Part shown: positions 7,202 to 16,743 of the stretch, in pieces
Position numbering within the stretch: position 1 is the first letter of the stretch
Layout: each line of letters begins with the position of its first letter
Virus record (IMG/VR): IMGVR_UViG_3300017911_002211
Coordinates: 5,433 to 69,432 of that record
Origin: a virus
Taxonomy: Duplodnaviria > Caudoviricetes
Strand: one strand, 5' to 3'
Length of the DNA stretch: 64,000 nt
Made by a program: the position numbers and the translations under genes
The notes under the pieces: generated by a model
What the model saw: only the letters and a program-made list of their open reading frames with translations
What the model was told of the DNA's origin: nothing
Databases searched by the model: none

Positions 7202-9411
7202 TGGCTGATAAATCATTTATTAACATGAAAGCTGGCGATAAGCCAAGAGGTGCTAATGAAAATAGTACATTTAATGGTACAGTCTTAACAATAGGTCGAC
7301 CAGAAGTAATAGCGAAACTAACCGACATAAGAGTCGCTAAAAGTCAGACTAGTGACAAGAACGCCTTCTCAACAAATAATCTTACCTCGATATTTAACGA
7401 TACGTCTCAATATACTTTTAATGGAAGCGTTATATCTTTAAGAAGTTTCCATCAAAGGATAAGAATAGAATATGAAAAACCTGAAATAACACAAGCTGAA
7501 TTTGAGGCAGCTGCTTCTCCAGAAATGCTAGCGTTTCAACAGAAAATGATTGCTCAAATAGGTGGCCCTATGAGAGCTTCTGCTTCAACTTTAAATGTTC
7601 AAGAAATTACTGGAAACGCTTCTCCTTTTAATCTCTTAGGTGAAACATTTGGTGGATTTAAAGGATTGCAAGCTGGCGCAAAACCTACAGTAAATTTTAA
7701 TAAAAGAGTTAGAATAGCAAAAATGGAGCCAGGCGCCGCTGATGGTTCAGGCGATAAAATATCAACACAAACATCAAACCTAACAACGTTGTTTAATAAA
7801 TCTAATTTATCAAATACTAATTTGAATAAAGTAGTGTTCACTCAAGGTAGTATAAACGCTATAATGGATGAGTTAAAAGTTAGAACATCTGCAAACTCTA
7901 AAAAAATAAAAGAAGTAGCTCAATCAGTTTTACCAAAGGGTCTTTCAACTCGAGTCATCGATCAAGCAAAAACTGCAATAGATGACAAAGACGCCGGCGT
8001 TTCTGTTGAAAGTAAAATGACTAAAGAAGTACAAACAGAAATTAAATCTAAGATTCAAGAAGCACAAAATGCTGGAGTTGATTTAGATCCAAATGCGTTA
8101 ATTCCTGGTGCAGGTAGATCCGGATCTAATATATTTGCAAATATATTAGGAAAAGTAAAAGGAATAAAAGCTCAGTTTCCACCAAGTATTAAAAACTTAA
8201 TGAAGGGACTACCAGAAGGCGTGGTTGCTCCTTCACTTGATGCCTTTGGTGGTCCTGGACCTGAAATACCAAATTTAATTGAAGGAGTTGATCCTACTAC
8301 TGGCAAGCTTTCTTTAGACACCAATACGAATAAACTAGTACAGAAAGGATTTTTAACGCCTAACATGTCACCAAGTAACGTAGTAAACTTAGGTTTTAGT
8401 AACTCTACTTGGGCTGGATATAATACGCCAAAGACACACAAATTTGAATTTGTTGACACGAGTGATGAATTAGAAACTGAATTTTCAAATAGTTCTAGAA
8501 TGAAGACGGGAACAAATAATCAAGTCGTTGCTTTGATAGTAGGTTGGACTGATAAACTTTGGGGTCCACCAGAAAAAGTAAATGCTAGTTCTATTCATGA
8601 AATTTCAAAAGCAAGTGATTTACAAAACTTAATTACTAGAGAAGGCACCGTTAAAAAAGCAATTGATAGAATAAATTCTACACCTAAAATATATGGAATA
8701 CAGGCGCATTATTTAATATTAACAGATGGTAGAATACAAAGAGGTAGACCAATAGATGAAACCAGAAACCCAGATACTTCTTCATTTGATCTAACTGGAG
8801 TTCAAGTTACTATTGTTGCAAATACAGAAAATCCTGTTAATGACGAGCAGTTGGCATCATTAAAAAAACTAATATCTAAAGCTTACAAAGTTGTTCCAGG
8901 ACTTAATTTATTTGGTGATTATGAAATGGATAAAACTAAGTTAGGACCAGCGATAGATATGGATTCTTTAAGAGATGTATACGGTAAAGTTAACTCTATA
9001 GAAAATCCGGAAGAAACTACAAACGGTCCTAGTAGAAAAGAAATGGTCTTTACTAAACCTTCAGTTATAGCTCAAGGTTCAAAAACAAAATCAGTGGAAC
9101 CTTTTAGTTTTAGCAAGATACAAAAAGATTTTGAAAAAATAGATTTAGCAACTGGTGAAGAACTTCCATCAGACGCACAAAAAGATTTAGATGATGCGTT
9201 AAAAGCTTTTGATGATCTTAAAGCTGGTAAGATAGATATTAATGAAGGAATATCTCAAGCTATAAACGATCCTAAAAATTCTAAAGCAAAGTTAGCAGGT
9301 GATTCTATCATTAAACGACTTACCGGTGGTTTAGATAAAAACAAAACATCAGTTGATTCGATAGCTAAAAAGTTAGATACTAGCAATTTACAAAAATTAT
9401 TTAAAAGGTAG
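7201..9411 (+). CDS. Large baseplate-associated protein with a degenerate N-acetylmuramoyl-L-alanine amidase (T7 lysozyme/PGRP-like) domain
   Basis: AHYLILTDGRIQRGRP, EQLASLKKLI, LFGDYEM, LGPAIDM align by eye with T7 lysozyme, but the Zn ligands are missing; rest of the protein unassigned. Confidence 0.55.
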   Translation: MADKSFINMKAGDKPRGANENSTFNGTVLTIGRPEVIAKLTDIRVAKSQTSDKNAFSTNNLTSIFNDTSQYTFNGSVISLRSFHQRIRIEYEKPEITQAEFEAAASPEMLAFQQKMIAQIGGPMRASASTLNVQEITGNASPFNLLGETFGGFKGLQAGAKPTVNFNKRVRIAKMEPGAADGSGDKISTQTSNLTTLFNKSNLSNTNLNKVVFTQGSINAIMDELKVRTSANSKKIKEVAQSVLPKGLSTRVIDQAKTAIDDKDAGVSVESKMTKEVQTEIKSKIQEAQNAGVDLDPNALIPGAGRSGSNIFANILGKVKGIKAQFPPSIKNLMKGLPEGVVAPSLDAFGGPGPEIPNLIEGVDPTTGKLSLDTNTNKLVQKGFLTPNMSPSNVVNLGFSNSTWAGYNTPKTHKFEFVDTSDELETEFSNSSRMKTGTNNQVVALIVGWTDKLWGPPEKVNASSIHEISKASDLQNLITREGTVKKAIDRINSTPKIYGIQAHYLILTDGRIQRGRPIDETRNPDTSSFDLTGVQVTIVANTENPVNDEQLASLKKLISKAYKVVPGLNLFGDYEMDKTKLGPAIDMDSLRDVYGKVNSIENPEETTNGPSRKEMVFTKPSVIAQGSKTKSVEPFSFSKIQKDFEKIDLATGEELPSDAQKDLDDALKAFDDLKAGKIDINEGISQAINDPKNSKAKLAGDSIIKRLTGGLDKNKTSVDSIAKKLDTSNLQKLFKR

Positions 9412-9420
9412 GATTAATTT

Positions 9421-10830
9421 ATGTCAATGGAATCTCAAAATTTTACAGTATCTGAAGGAAAGGCCCGCTCTTTAAAAAATAAAGAAAACGGTTTTTCTGA
9501 TCCTAGTGGTGTATTTCCTAAGATTGAATACGAAGAAATATCTTCAGTTAATGAAATTGCTAGAGGATTTAAAAGAGTCAATGTTGAATTGGGTGGATCG
9601 GTAAAAGATATTGATTTTGATTTAAATGAAGAAGCGGTGTCAACTTATCCTAATTCACAAGTCAAAGAAACTGCATCAGGTCATATCGTAGAATACGATG
9701 ACACACCAGGATCTGAAAGAGTTATGATAAGACATAACTCTGGCTCAGGCGTAGAGATGCGCGCAGATGGTTCAGTAATATATTCATCAACAAAAAATAC
9801 TATAAGAGTAACAGCACAAGATGAAAAAGTTGTAGTTGATGGTGATGGAGAATTGCAATATAATGGAAATTTAAAACTTAAAGTTGCTGGTGATTTTGAT
9901 GTTGAAGTCGGCGGAGACTTTAATGTTAACGTCAAAGGTGACATGGAACAAAATATAAGAAGAGGTTTAATCACAGACGTAGCTGGTACAGTAGAGACTC
10001 AAATCGTAGGTAGTAAATCTGAAACCGTTGGTGGTGGATATACGACGCTAATACATGGTGATAAAAACGATATCATCAAAGGTTCATTTGCAGAAAACAT
10101 ACAAGTAGATCATAACTATGCAGCAGGTGGAACATTGATGATGACTGCTGAAAAAGAAGTAACTCTTTCAACCAAGAGTGCTAATATTACTGCTTCATCT
10201 CTCGCCGTAGTTGGAGATAGTGGAACTATAGGTGGTCATGAAATAGTTTACTATGGACACACTGCGCACATACCTCGAGTCAATTCAACTTCAATTCATG
10301 CTTCTCAAGGAGTGATCGCTGATGTAGGAATGACTGCTCCAACTTTTAATGGTGATTTGTCAGGTAATGCGAGTACGGCTGGTAAGTCAGCTGTAGCAAC
10401 AGCTCTTGGCGCTGGAGCAGGACAAGCACAATCAACAGTAGCAATAACGTCTGCTGAAAACAATACGACCGTTCAACCTACTACAGATATAATTAATGAT
10501 GCATTAGAAAACTCAGGCGTAGCAATTAAAAGAGTTCACATTGATGATTTTGATCAATTATATAATAGATTAGATCGTACTGCACATTACGGTGGCGTAT
10601 CAAGTGTAGACCTAACTACTAAAGAAGCAAGATCAAAACTTAGAGATCCAAATAACGCAAGTAACACTACGTTTGTTTCTGCTCTTATAGCAGACGGTAC
10701 GATATCTCCCTTTGCTACAAGACTTTCACCGCTATCAACTGGTAGGATAGTTGCCAAAGAAACGACGGCTAGAAGAGGAACAGATACATTAGGTAGAAGT
10801 CAAAACTCAACTAAATTATATAAGGCATAA
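9421..10830 (+). CDS. gp5: gp5 C-terminal part: beta-helix puncturing spike
   Basis: YPNSQVKETASGHIVEYDDTPGSERVMIRHNSGSGVEM followed by V/I-x-G-D/N beta-helix repeats. Confidence 0.8.
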   Translation: MSMESQNFTVSEGKARSLKNKENGFSDPSGVFPKIEYEEISSVNEIARGFKRVNVELGGSVKDIDFDLNEEAVSTYPNSQVKETASGHIVEYDDTPGSERVMIRHNSGSGVEMRADGSVIYSSTKNTIRVTAQDEKVVVDGDGELQYNGNLKLKVAGDFDVEVGGDFNVNVKGDMEQNIRRGLITDVAGTVETQIVGSKSETVGGGYTTLIHGDKNDIIKGSFAENIQVDHNYAAGGTLMMTAEKEVTLSTKSANITASSLAVVGDSGTIGGHEIVYYGHTAHIPRVNSTSIHASQGVIADVGMTAPTFNGDLSGNASTAGKSAVATALGAGAGQAQSTVAITSAENNTTVQPTTDIINDALENSGVAIKRVHIDDFDQLYNRLDRTAHYGGVSSVDLTTKEARSKLRDPNNASNTTFVSALIADGTISPFATRLSPLSTGRIVAKETTARRGTDTLGRSQNSTKLYKA

Positions 10831-10831
10831 C

Positions 10832-11464
10832 ATGGCAGTTTCAACAGTAGATTTATTAGTAGATGCGAAATATAATCCAATATTTCAAGAATCTATAACA
10901 AGTAAAACAAAACTTGCGCCAGGTATTTCAATGGCAAAGTTTCTTGGTGGTGACAATGATCCCGTGACATTAACACATATTACAGATGATGATCAAAGAG
11001 TTTTATTAGCTAAACAGTATGTTTTACACGCTGAAGCAATGCGAACTATTAATTCTCAAGATGCAACGAAAGAGTTTAAAGATTTTAGATTACAGGTTGT
11101 AGAAGGTTTGTACAGAGCAGAAGAAGGTGAAGACCTAGATGTTAGTGATGGCATAAATTATCTGATGTCTAGAGGTTTGGCTGTTGTCTATGAATTAATA
11201 GGGTTAGATGGTAAAATTGCGATAGAAAAAACATTTGATCTTGCTGTATATTGGAAAGATAACATTCAATTTGATAAAATGATTTTAGATTACGATAATT
11301 ATAATCCTGATAACACACTTAATGCACAAATTATTTTAATAATGCCTGAAATTATATCGCCATGGACAGTTACGTTTAATAATGATATAGAAACAAGATA
11401 TAACAATGTTAACCAAGTTACAAATGAATTATTAGAGGTATTAAGGACGACTGCTAACGCATAA
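10832..11464 (+). CDS. Baseplate-associated protein, degenerate peptidase M15-like fold
   Basis: KLAPGISMAKF, VEGLYR, RGLAVVY, FDKMILDY resemble the M15 pattern LSxxFTLxEF / SGYR / GxAxD / FDQLILE, without the His/Asp ligands. Confidence 0.4.
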   Translation: MAVSTVDLLVDAKYNPIFQESITSKTKLAPGISMAKFLGGDNDPVTLTHITDDDQRVLLAKQYVLHAEAMRTINSQDATKEFKDFRLQVVEGLYRAEEGEDLDVSDGINYLMSRGLAVVYELIGLDGKIAIEKTFDLAVYWKDNIQFDKMILDYDNYNPDNTLNAQIILIMPEIISPWTVTFNNDIETRYNNVNQVTNELLEVLRTTANA

Positions 11465-11468
11465 CCTA

Positions 11469-11476
11469 TATAAATA
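11469..11476 (+). promoter_or_regulatory. Late promoter TATAAATA upstream of gp25
   Basis: Exact consensus in the intergenic gap; AAGGAAG Shine-Dalgarno-like site follows. Confidence 0.75.
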
Positions 11477-11493
11477 GATCAAAAGGAAGTGTA

Positions 11494-11937
11494 ATGCCAA
11501 CAAGAGCTTTTTCAATAGAAGATGGTAACATAGGAACCAAAAGTCTAGTTTCAAGTAGAAATGAAACTTACAAAGATATAGATTTGACTTTTGCGAAAAA
11601 AGCTTCTGGAGATGTTTTTAAAAAAGAACATGCGGCTGCGGTAAAACAAGCAATTAAAAATTTATTATTGACTAATTTTAGTGAAAAACCTTTTCAGCCA
11701 AGATTTGGTGGCAATTTAAACTCTTTTCTTTTTGCTTTGAATACGGATGTCGATGATGATGATTTAAGAGAACAAATAATACAAGCAATTGAAATATTTG
11801 AACCAAGAGTACAGGTATTAAACATTGACACTACTTTACGCGATGATTCACACGAAATAAAAGTTACTGTTACTTTTAAAATGATTAATACATCACAAGT
11901 TGAAAGTACACAAGTAAACTTAACGAGGTTAAGATAA
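11494..11937 (+). CDS. gp25: Baseplate wedge subunit
   Basis: YKDIDLTF, AVKQAIKNLLLT..EKPFQPRFG, I..FEPRV. Confidence 0.93.
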   Translation: MPTRAFSIEDGNIGTKSLVSSRNETYKDIDLTFAKKASGDVFKKEHAAAVKQAIKNLLLTNFSEKPFQPRFGGNLNSFLFALNTDVDDDDLREQIIQAIEIFEPRVQVLNIDTTLRDDSHEIKVTVTFKMINTSQVESTQVNLTRLR

Positions 11938-13767
11938 ATGGCAACAACTATTAGATCAACTCAATTAGATTTTGACACTATTAAAGGTAGGTTAAAAGAC
12001 TATTTAAAACAACAAACAGAATTTGCTGATTATGATTTTGAAGCATCTGGTTTAAGTAATATATTAGACGTGTTGGCGTATAATACACATTTTATGGGTT
12101 TAAATGCAAACTTTGCTCTTAATGAATCATTTATAAACACAGCACAACTTCGAAGTTCAGTGGCATCATTAGCAGAAGGATTAGGATACGTTCCTAAGTC
12201 TTATTCTTCATCACAGGCAGATTTAAATCTTTCAGTTCAAATATCAACAGACACAAGACCTACAGCTATAACATTACCAAGAGGCACAGCATTTACATCA
12301 ACTGTTGGTGATACAACTTATACTTTTCAAACAAGAGAAAACTTTATAGGAACAGACGATGGAACCGGATTGTATCAATTTTTAAATTCTACTGATGGCG
12401 TTGCTATACCAGTTTTTGAAGGCACAGAAAAAACTAAAACATTTTTTGTTGGTGATAAATCAGACAATCAAGTGTATGTTATCCCAGATCTTACCATGGA
12501 TACAACAACTATAAGAGTAAGAGTATTTCCTACTGCGAGTTCAACAACATTTGACACTTACATCAATATACAACGAGCATTAAGAATTACTAATGATTCG
12601 ATGTTCTATCAAATAAAAGAAGTTCCAAACGGATTCTTTGAAGTTATATTTGGTGACGGAACGACGACTGGTAAAGCTCCAGTTGCTGGAAATAAAATAG
12701 TAATTGATTACTTATCTACACAAGGTACAGTTGCTAATGGTGCTTCTTCATTTTCTCCATCTTCAGATGTTACAGTTGATGGCGTAGATTATACTTTAAT
12801 AACAACAACTGAAGCTGCGTCTGCTGGAGGCGCATATAAAGAAAGTATTGAATCTATAAGACAAAATGCTCCTATAGCCTTTACTTCTCAAAGAAGGCTA
12901 GTAACCGCAGAAGATTATATAGCACAAATACAAGCAAACTATGGTGCGTTTTTAGATGATGTTACGGCTTACAGCGGTGCAGATTCTGTACCTGCAGTTT
13001 ATGGCGTCACATATATAGGTTTAAAATTTAAATCAGGTGTTACAGCGTCTAGGCAACAAAATGTCAAAGATCAAATTAAAACAGATCTCACTGATAACAT
13101 GGCTGTTATGTCAATGACTACAGAGTATGTTGATCCTATAACAACATTTTTACAAATATCAACAACGTTTAATTTAGATCCTGACTTAACAGGTTCAACT
13201 TCGCAAGCCGTTCAAACACAGGTTCAAAATACCGTAAATAGTTTTTTCACAACCAATCTTAAAAAGTTTAATAAAATTTTTAGAAGGTCCAATGTTTTAA
13301 CTTTAGTTGATGCTTTAGAGCCTGCTATATTAAACTCTAGAATGGAAATTAAATTAAGACAAAGTTTTGTTCCTACTACTAACGTGACGCTATCTTATAG
13401 TGTAAATTTTCCAGTAGCTTTGGCCGAACCTGATGATGATGTATCAACTTTAACAACATCTCAATTTACTTTTAATTCACAAACGTGTTCTATTAGAAAT
13501 AAACCGGGTACAACCAAGCTACAAATAATTTCTATAGACGGTACCGTTGAAATTGATAATATAGGTAGCTATGACAATTTAACGGGTGTGGTAAGTATAA
13601 CAGGATTTAAACCTACTGCATTTGAAGGTAGTGCAATAGATATATCAATATTACCAGCAAATCAAAGTACAATAAGGCCTTTAAGAAATTACATATTAGA
13701 CATTGATACGACTGCATCAACATCAAGAGCAGTATTAGATTTTCAAAATACCGCGGTAAGTATATAA
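11938..13767 (+). CDS. gp6: Baseplate wedge subunit
   Basis: LDFDTIK..LK.YL, DYDFEASGLSNILDVLAYNTH, NESFINTAQLRSSV, ESIESIRQNAP, QRRLVTAEDY. Confidence 0.95.
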   Translation: MATTIRSTQLDFDTIKGRLKDYLKQQTEFADYDFEASGLSNILDVLAYNTHFMGLNANFALNESFINTAQLRSSVASLAEGLGYVPKSYSSSQADLNLSVQISTDTRPTAITLPRGTAFTSTVGDTTYTFQTRENFIGTDDGTGLYQFLNSTDGVAIPVFEGTEKTKTFFVGDKSDNQVYVIPDLTMDTTTIRVRVFPTASSTTFDTYINIQRALRITNDSMFYQIKEVPNGFFEVIFGDGTTTGKAPVAGNKIVIDYLSTQGTVANGASSFSPSSDVTVDGVDYTLITTTEAASAGGAYKESIESIRQNAPIAFTSQRRLVTAEDYIAQIQANYGAFLDDVTAYSGADSVPAVYGVTYIGLKFKSGVTASRQQNVKDQIKTDLTDNMAVMSMTTEYVDPITTFLQISTTFNLDPDLTGSTSQAVQTQVQNTVNSFFTTNLKKFNKIFRRSNVLTLVDALEPAILNSRMEIKLRQSFVPTTNVTLSYSVNFPVALAEPDDDVSTLTTSQFTFNSQTCSIRNKPGTTKLQIISIDGTVEIDNIGSYDNLTGVVSITGFKPTAFEGSAIDISILPANQSTIRPLRNYILDIDTTASTSRAVLDFQNTAVSI

Positions 13768-14730
13768 ATGGCAATTAATTATCAAAGCAAAAGAAGATTA
13801 AAATCTTTTCAAAATAGAAAAGTAAGAGAATCATTACCAGAGTTTTATACTTCTGAATTTCCAACTCTTGTAACATTCTTAGAAAAATATTACGATTTTT
13901 TAGATTCTTCAGAAGGTGAACATATTTTTGGTAATGACGCTAGACAGTTTTTTGCTACTAAAGATATAAGAGAGATGCCTAGTGGGCTGCTTAATAGTTT
14001 AGTTAACGAACTAGCAGGTGGACTTAAAACCGGTGAAGATTTTACTGATAGACGGTATGCACTAACAAGGCTGGCAGATCTCGCTCGCCTTAAAGGTAGC
14101 AGATTTTCACTAGAAGAATTTTTTAGATTATTTTATCAACAGTCAGCAGAAGTTGAATACGGTAAAGAATCTATGTTTATCATTGGTGATTCATCAAGTC
14201 AAATAGGCGTTGAATCTATAAAATTTATACAAAATAATGAGTTATATCAAACATTTGGTTTGTTAATAAAATCAGGATTATCTGTAGAAAAGTGGAGCGC
14301 GCTTTATAAAAAGTTTGTACATCCATCAGGTTTTTTCTTTGCAGGACAAGTTGTTTCTGATACAGAAGCTACGTTAAGCATCACAGCTCCTATCGCATTA
14401 GAAGAAGATGATCCAGATCCAAAAGTGGTATCAGAAGCATCCATGGCCATTTCATCGCCTTTTGTTCAGCTTACAATGTTGATTGATTCAGGTGGCGGTA
14501 ACGTTAGAACTACTTTAAATGAATTGATTAGCGATTATCAAAACTTTACACTTGCAGATTTAAATACAACGTATCATACGTTAAGACAGGTAATAACTCC
14601 AAACTCATTTACTTTTGATGATAGTTCAATTAGAGATAGTGATGAAAACGCTACACCTGATTTCTCATTAACATTAGAAACTATGGATAACGAAATATTT
14701 ACAAGACGAGTAACTGACTCGGCTTTCTAG
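13768..14730 (+). CDS. gp7: Baseplate wedge initiator, short gp7-like
   Basis: LPEFY..EFPTLVTFLEKYYDFL, KGSRFS..FFRLFY, YKKFVHPSGF..G; follows gp6. Confidence 0.7.
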   Translation: MAINYQSKRRLKSFQNRKVRESLPEFYTSEFPTLVTFLEKYYDFLDSSEGEHIFGNDARQFFATKDIREMPSGLLNSLVNELAGGLKTGEDFTDRRYALTRLADLARLKGSRFSLEEFFRLFYQQSAEVEYGKESMFIIGDSSSQIGVESIKFIQNNELYQTFGLLIKSGLSVEKWSALYKKFVHPSGFFFAGQVVSDTEATLSITAPIALEEDDPDPKVVSEASMAISSPFVQLTMLIDSGGGNVRTTLNELISDYQNFTLADLNTTYHTLRQVITPNSFTFDDSSIRDSDENATPDFSLTLETMDNEIFTRRVTDSAF

Positions 14731-14738
14731 TATAAATA
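14731..14738 (+). promoter_or_regulatory. Late promoter TATAAATA upstream of the gp9-like gene
   Basis: Exact consensus immediately after the gp7 stop. Confidence 0.75.
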
Positions 14739-14760
14739 ACACTATTAAGTAGGATAGAAA

Positions 14761-15336
14761 ATGACAAGACAAAATATTAATACAGGTTCTTCTGCAAATG
14801 ACGGCACTGGTGATACTTTACGCTCAGCAGGAACTAAAATAAATGAAAACTTTCAAGAGATATACACAAAACTTGGAGGCGATAGTAGCACTCTAACTGC
14901 ACAAATTTCTTTAAAAGATTCAGGCGGAGTAGGAACTATAATATTTGAAGGTACTAGTACAGACTCTCATGAAACTAAATTAATAGCAACTGATCCTACT
15001 GCTGATAGAACAATTGCATTTCCAAATGCTGGTGGTGACGTCGTATTAGACACTGCAACTCAAACTTTAACTAATAAAACATTAACTTCACCAAACATCG
15101 ATAGTGGTACAATCGATGGCGCAGTAATTGGTGGAAGCACCGCTGCAGCAATAACTGGTACAGCAATAAGTGGAACATCTTTAACAATTACTGGATCTAC
15201 TGGTACAGTTCAACTTCCAACGCTAACTACAACACAACGTAATGCGCTAACAGCTGTAAATGGAATGTTAATATATAACACTACTGATAGTAAAATACAA
15301 GCATATGCCGGCGGTGCTTGGGTAGACTTACACTAA
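14761..15336 (+). CDS. gp9: Baseplate wedge / tail fibre connector, gp9-like N-terminus
   Basis: RQNINTGSSANDGTGDTLRSAGTKINENFQEIY is the gp9/gp10 N-terminal signature. Confidence 0.75.
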   Translation: MTRQNINTGSSANDGTGDTLRSAGTKINENFQEIYTKLGGDSSTLTAQISLKDSGGVGTIIFEGTSTDSHETKLIATDPTADRTIAFPNAGGDVVLDTATQTLTNKTLTSPNIDSGTIDGAVIGGSTAAAITGTAISGTSLTITGSTGTVQLPTLTTTQRNALTAVNGMLIYNTTDSKIQAYAGGAWVDLH

Positions 15337-15346
15337 GGAATAAGAT

Positions 15347-16732
15347 ATGGCAGCGATAATTACAGACCCTTTTAAGAAACAACTGGTTCAATATATATTT
15401 GATGAAGTTTCTTTTCCAGATTCGGCATCAACTCACAGATACTACATAGGAATAGGCAGATCTGAACAATGGAACGATAGCGAAAATGTTCCCACAGTTA
15501 CAGATACACCTAGAACTTTAAGAAACTTAAGAGCAGGACTACAATCAATAAAATCTGCTAGTGACGTATCATTTACAATACCAAGATATAACTGGTCTTC
15601 TGGCGCAACATATTCTGCGTATGACGATGATCTTGCATCCATTCCGGCCACAAATAGCTACTATGTTCTTACTGAAGATAATCAAGTTTACATATGTTTA
15701 CAACAAGGAAAATCTTCAACTGGAGCAGCAGTAACATCTACAGTCAAACCGACAGGAACATCAACAAAAGCTTTCAAAACATCAGACGGCTATGTTTGGA
15801 AGTTTCTATACACACTAAGTGCGACAAGCGCAAATAAATTTCTTTCAGCAAACTTTGTACCAGTCGAAAAAGTGTTAGACTCAGCGACACTAGGAAGATC
15901 ACTCACGGTTCTTGAAGAGCAACAAGTTCTTGTTCAAGACGCTGCAGTGCCTGGACAAATCATAGGTGTTGCAGTAACAAACGGTGGAACTGGATACACG
16001 AGTGCACCTACTGTAACAATAAACGGTGACGGTGTTAGAGCGGCTGCAACTGCAACAATATCAGGCGGAACAGTTACAAAAATAGAATTAGATTCAAGTG
16101 CTGACAGCGGTATCACCATGGGACAAGGATATAATTTTGCGAGTATATCATTTAGCGGTGGTGGTGGATCAAACGCTACTGCTCGAGCCATCTTAGGTCC
16201 TGATAGTGGAATGGGTAACGATCCAAGAGATGAACTTAAATCAACATCACTAATGTTCAACACTAAACCTAACGGTATTGAAGACAGTAACTTTATAGTC
16301 GGTCAAGATTTTAGACAAGTTGCATTAATAAGAGATCCAAAAAATAATTCAGACGCTGACTTCACGACGTCAAGTGGAAAAGTTTTAAGATTTTTAAAAT
16401 TACAAGCGGCAGCAAACACAGGATTTTTAGATGCCACTATAACTGGTGGTACATCTGGCGCCAAAGCTTTGGTTGATGAAGTTGATAGCGATAGACTTTA
16501 TTTTCATCAAACAGAAGATACTGGTTTCTTAGCTTTTCAAGAAGGCGAAGTTATTAGTGGCGGAGGCCAAACTGGAACCTTGGCTGCTGAAGGAGACGAC
16601 GTTGATTCTGATGCTTTTACCAATGATGATGTTAATAAACTATCTGGACAGATACTATATATAGAAAATAGAGCACCGGTAACAAGATCTGCTAATCAGA
16701 CAGAAGACATAAAAGTTGTGATAACACTTTAA
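15347..16732 (+). CDS. gp8: Baseplate wedge subunit
   Basis: YYIGIGRSEQW, IPRYNWSSG..Y..YDD, VYICL, DGYVWKFLY, GQILYIENR.PVTRS.NQTEDIKVVI. Confidence 0.9.
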   Translation: MAAIITDPFKKQLVQYIFDEVSFPDSASTHRYYIGIGRSEQWNDSENVPTVTDTPRTLRNLRAGLQSIKSASDVSFTIPRYNWSSGATYSAYDDDLASIPATNSYYVLTEDNQVYICLQQGKSSTGAAVTSTVKPTGTSTKAFKTSDGYVWKFLYTLSATSANKFLSANFVPVEKVLDSATLGRSLTVLEEQQVLVQDAAVPGQIIGVAVTNGGTGYTSAPTVTINGDGVRAAATATISGGTVTKIELDSSADSGITMGQGYNFASISFSGGGGSNATARAILGPDSGMGNDPRDELKSTSLMFNTKPNGIEDSNFIVGQDFRQVALIRDPKNNSDADFTTSSGKVLRFLKLQAAANTGFLDATITGGTSGAKALVDEVDSDRLYFHQTEDTGFLAFQEGEVISGGGQTGTLAAEGDDVDSDAFTNDDVNKLSGQILYIENRAPVTRSANQTEDIKVVITL

Positions 16733-16743
16733 GGAAATAAAAT

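Noticed and set aside
9409-9423. Readthrough fusion of 7201..9411 with the gp5 C-terminal ORF (same frame)
   Set aside because: A second in-frame stop (GAT TAA TTT) lies between them
13763-13770. TATAAATG as a late promoter before gp7; also GATAAATA near 44800 and AATAAATA near 36305
   Set aside because: One mismatch from consensus in AT-rich DNA and overlapping stop/start codons; cannot be distinguished from chance
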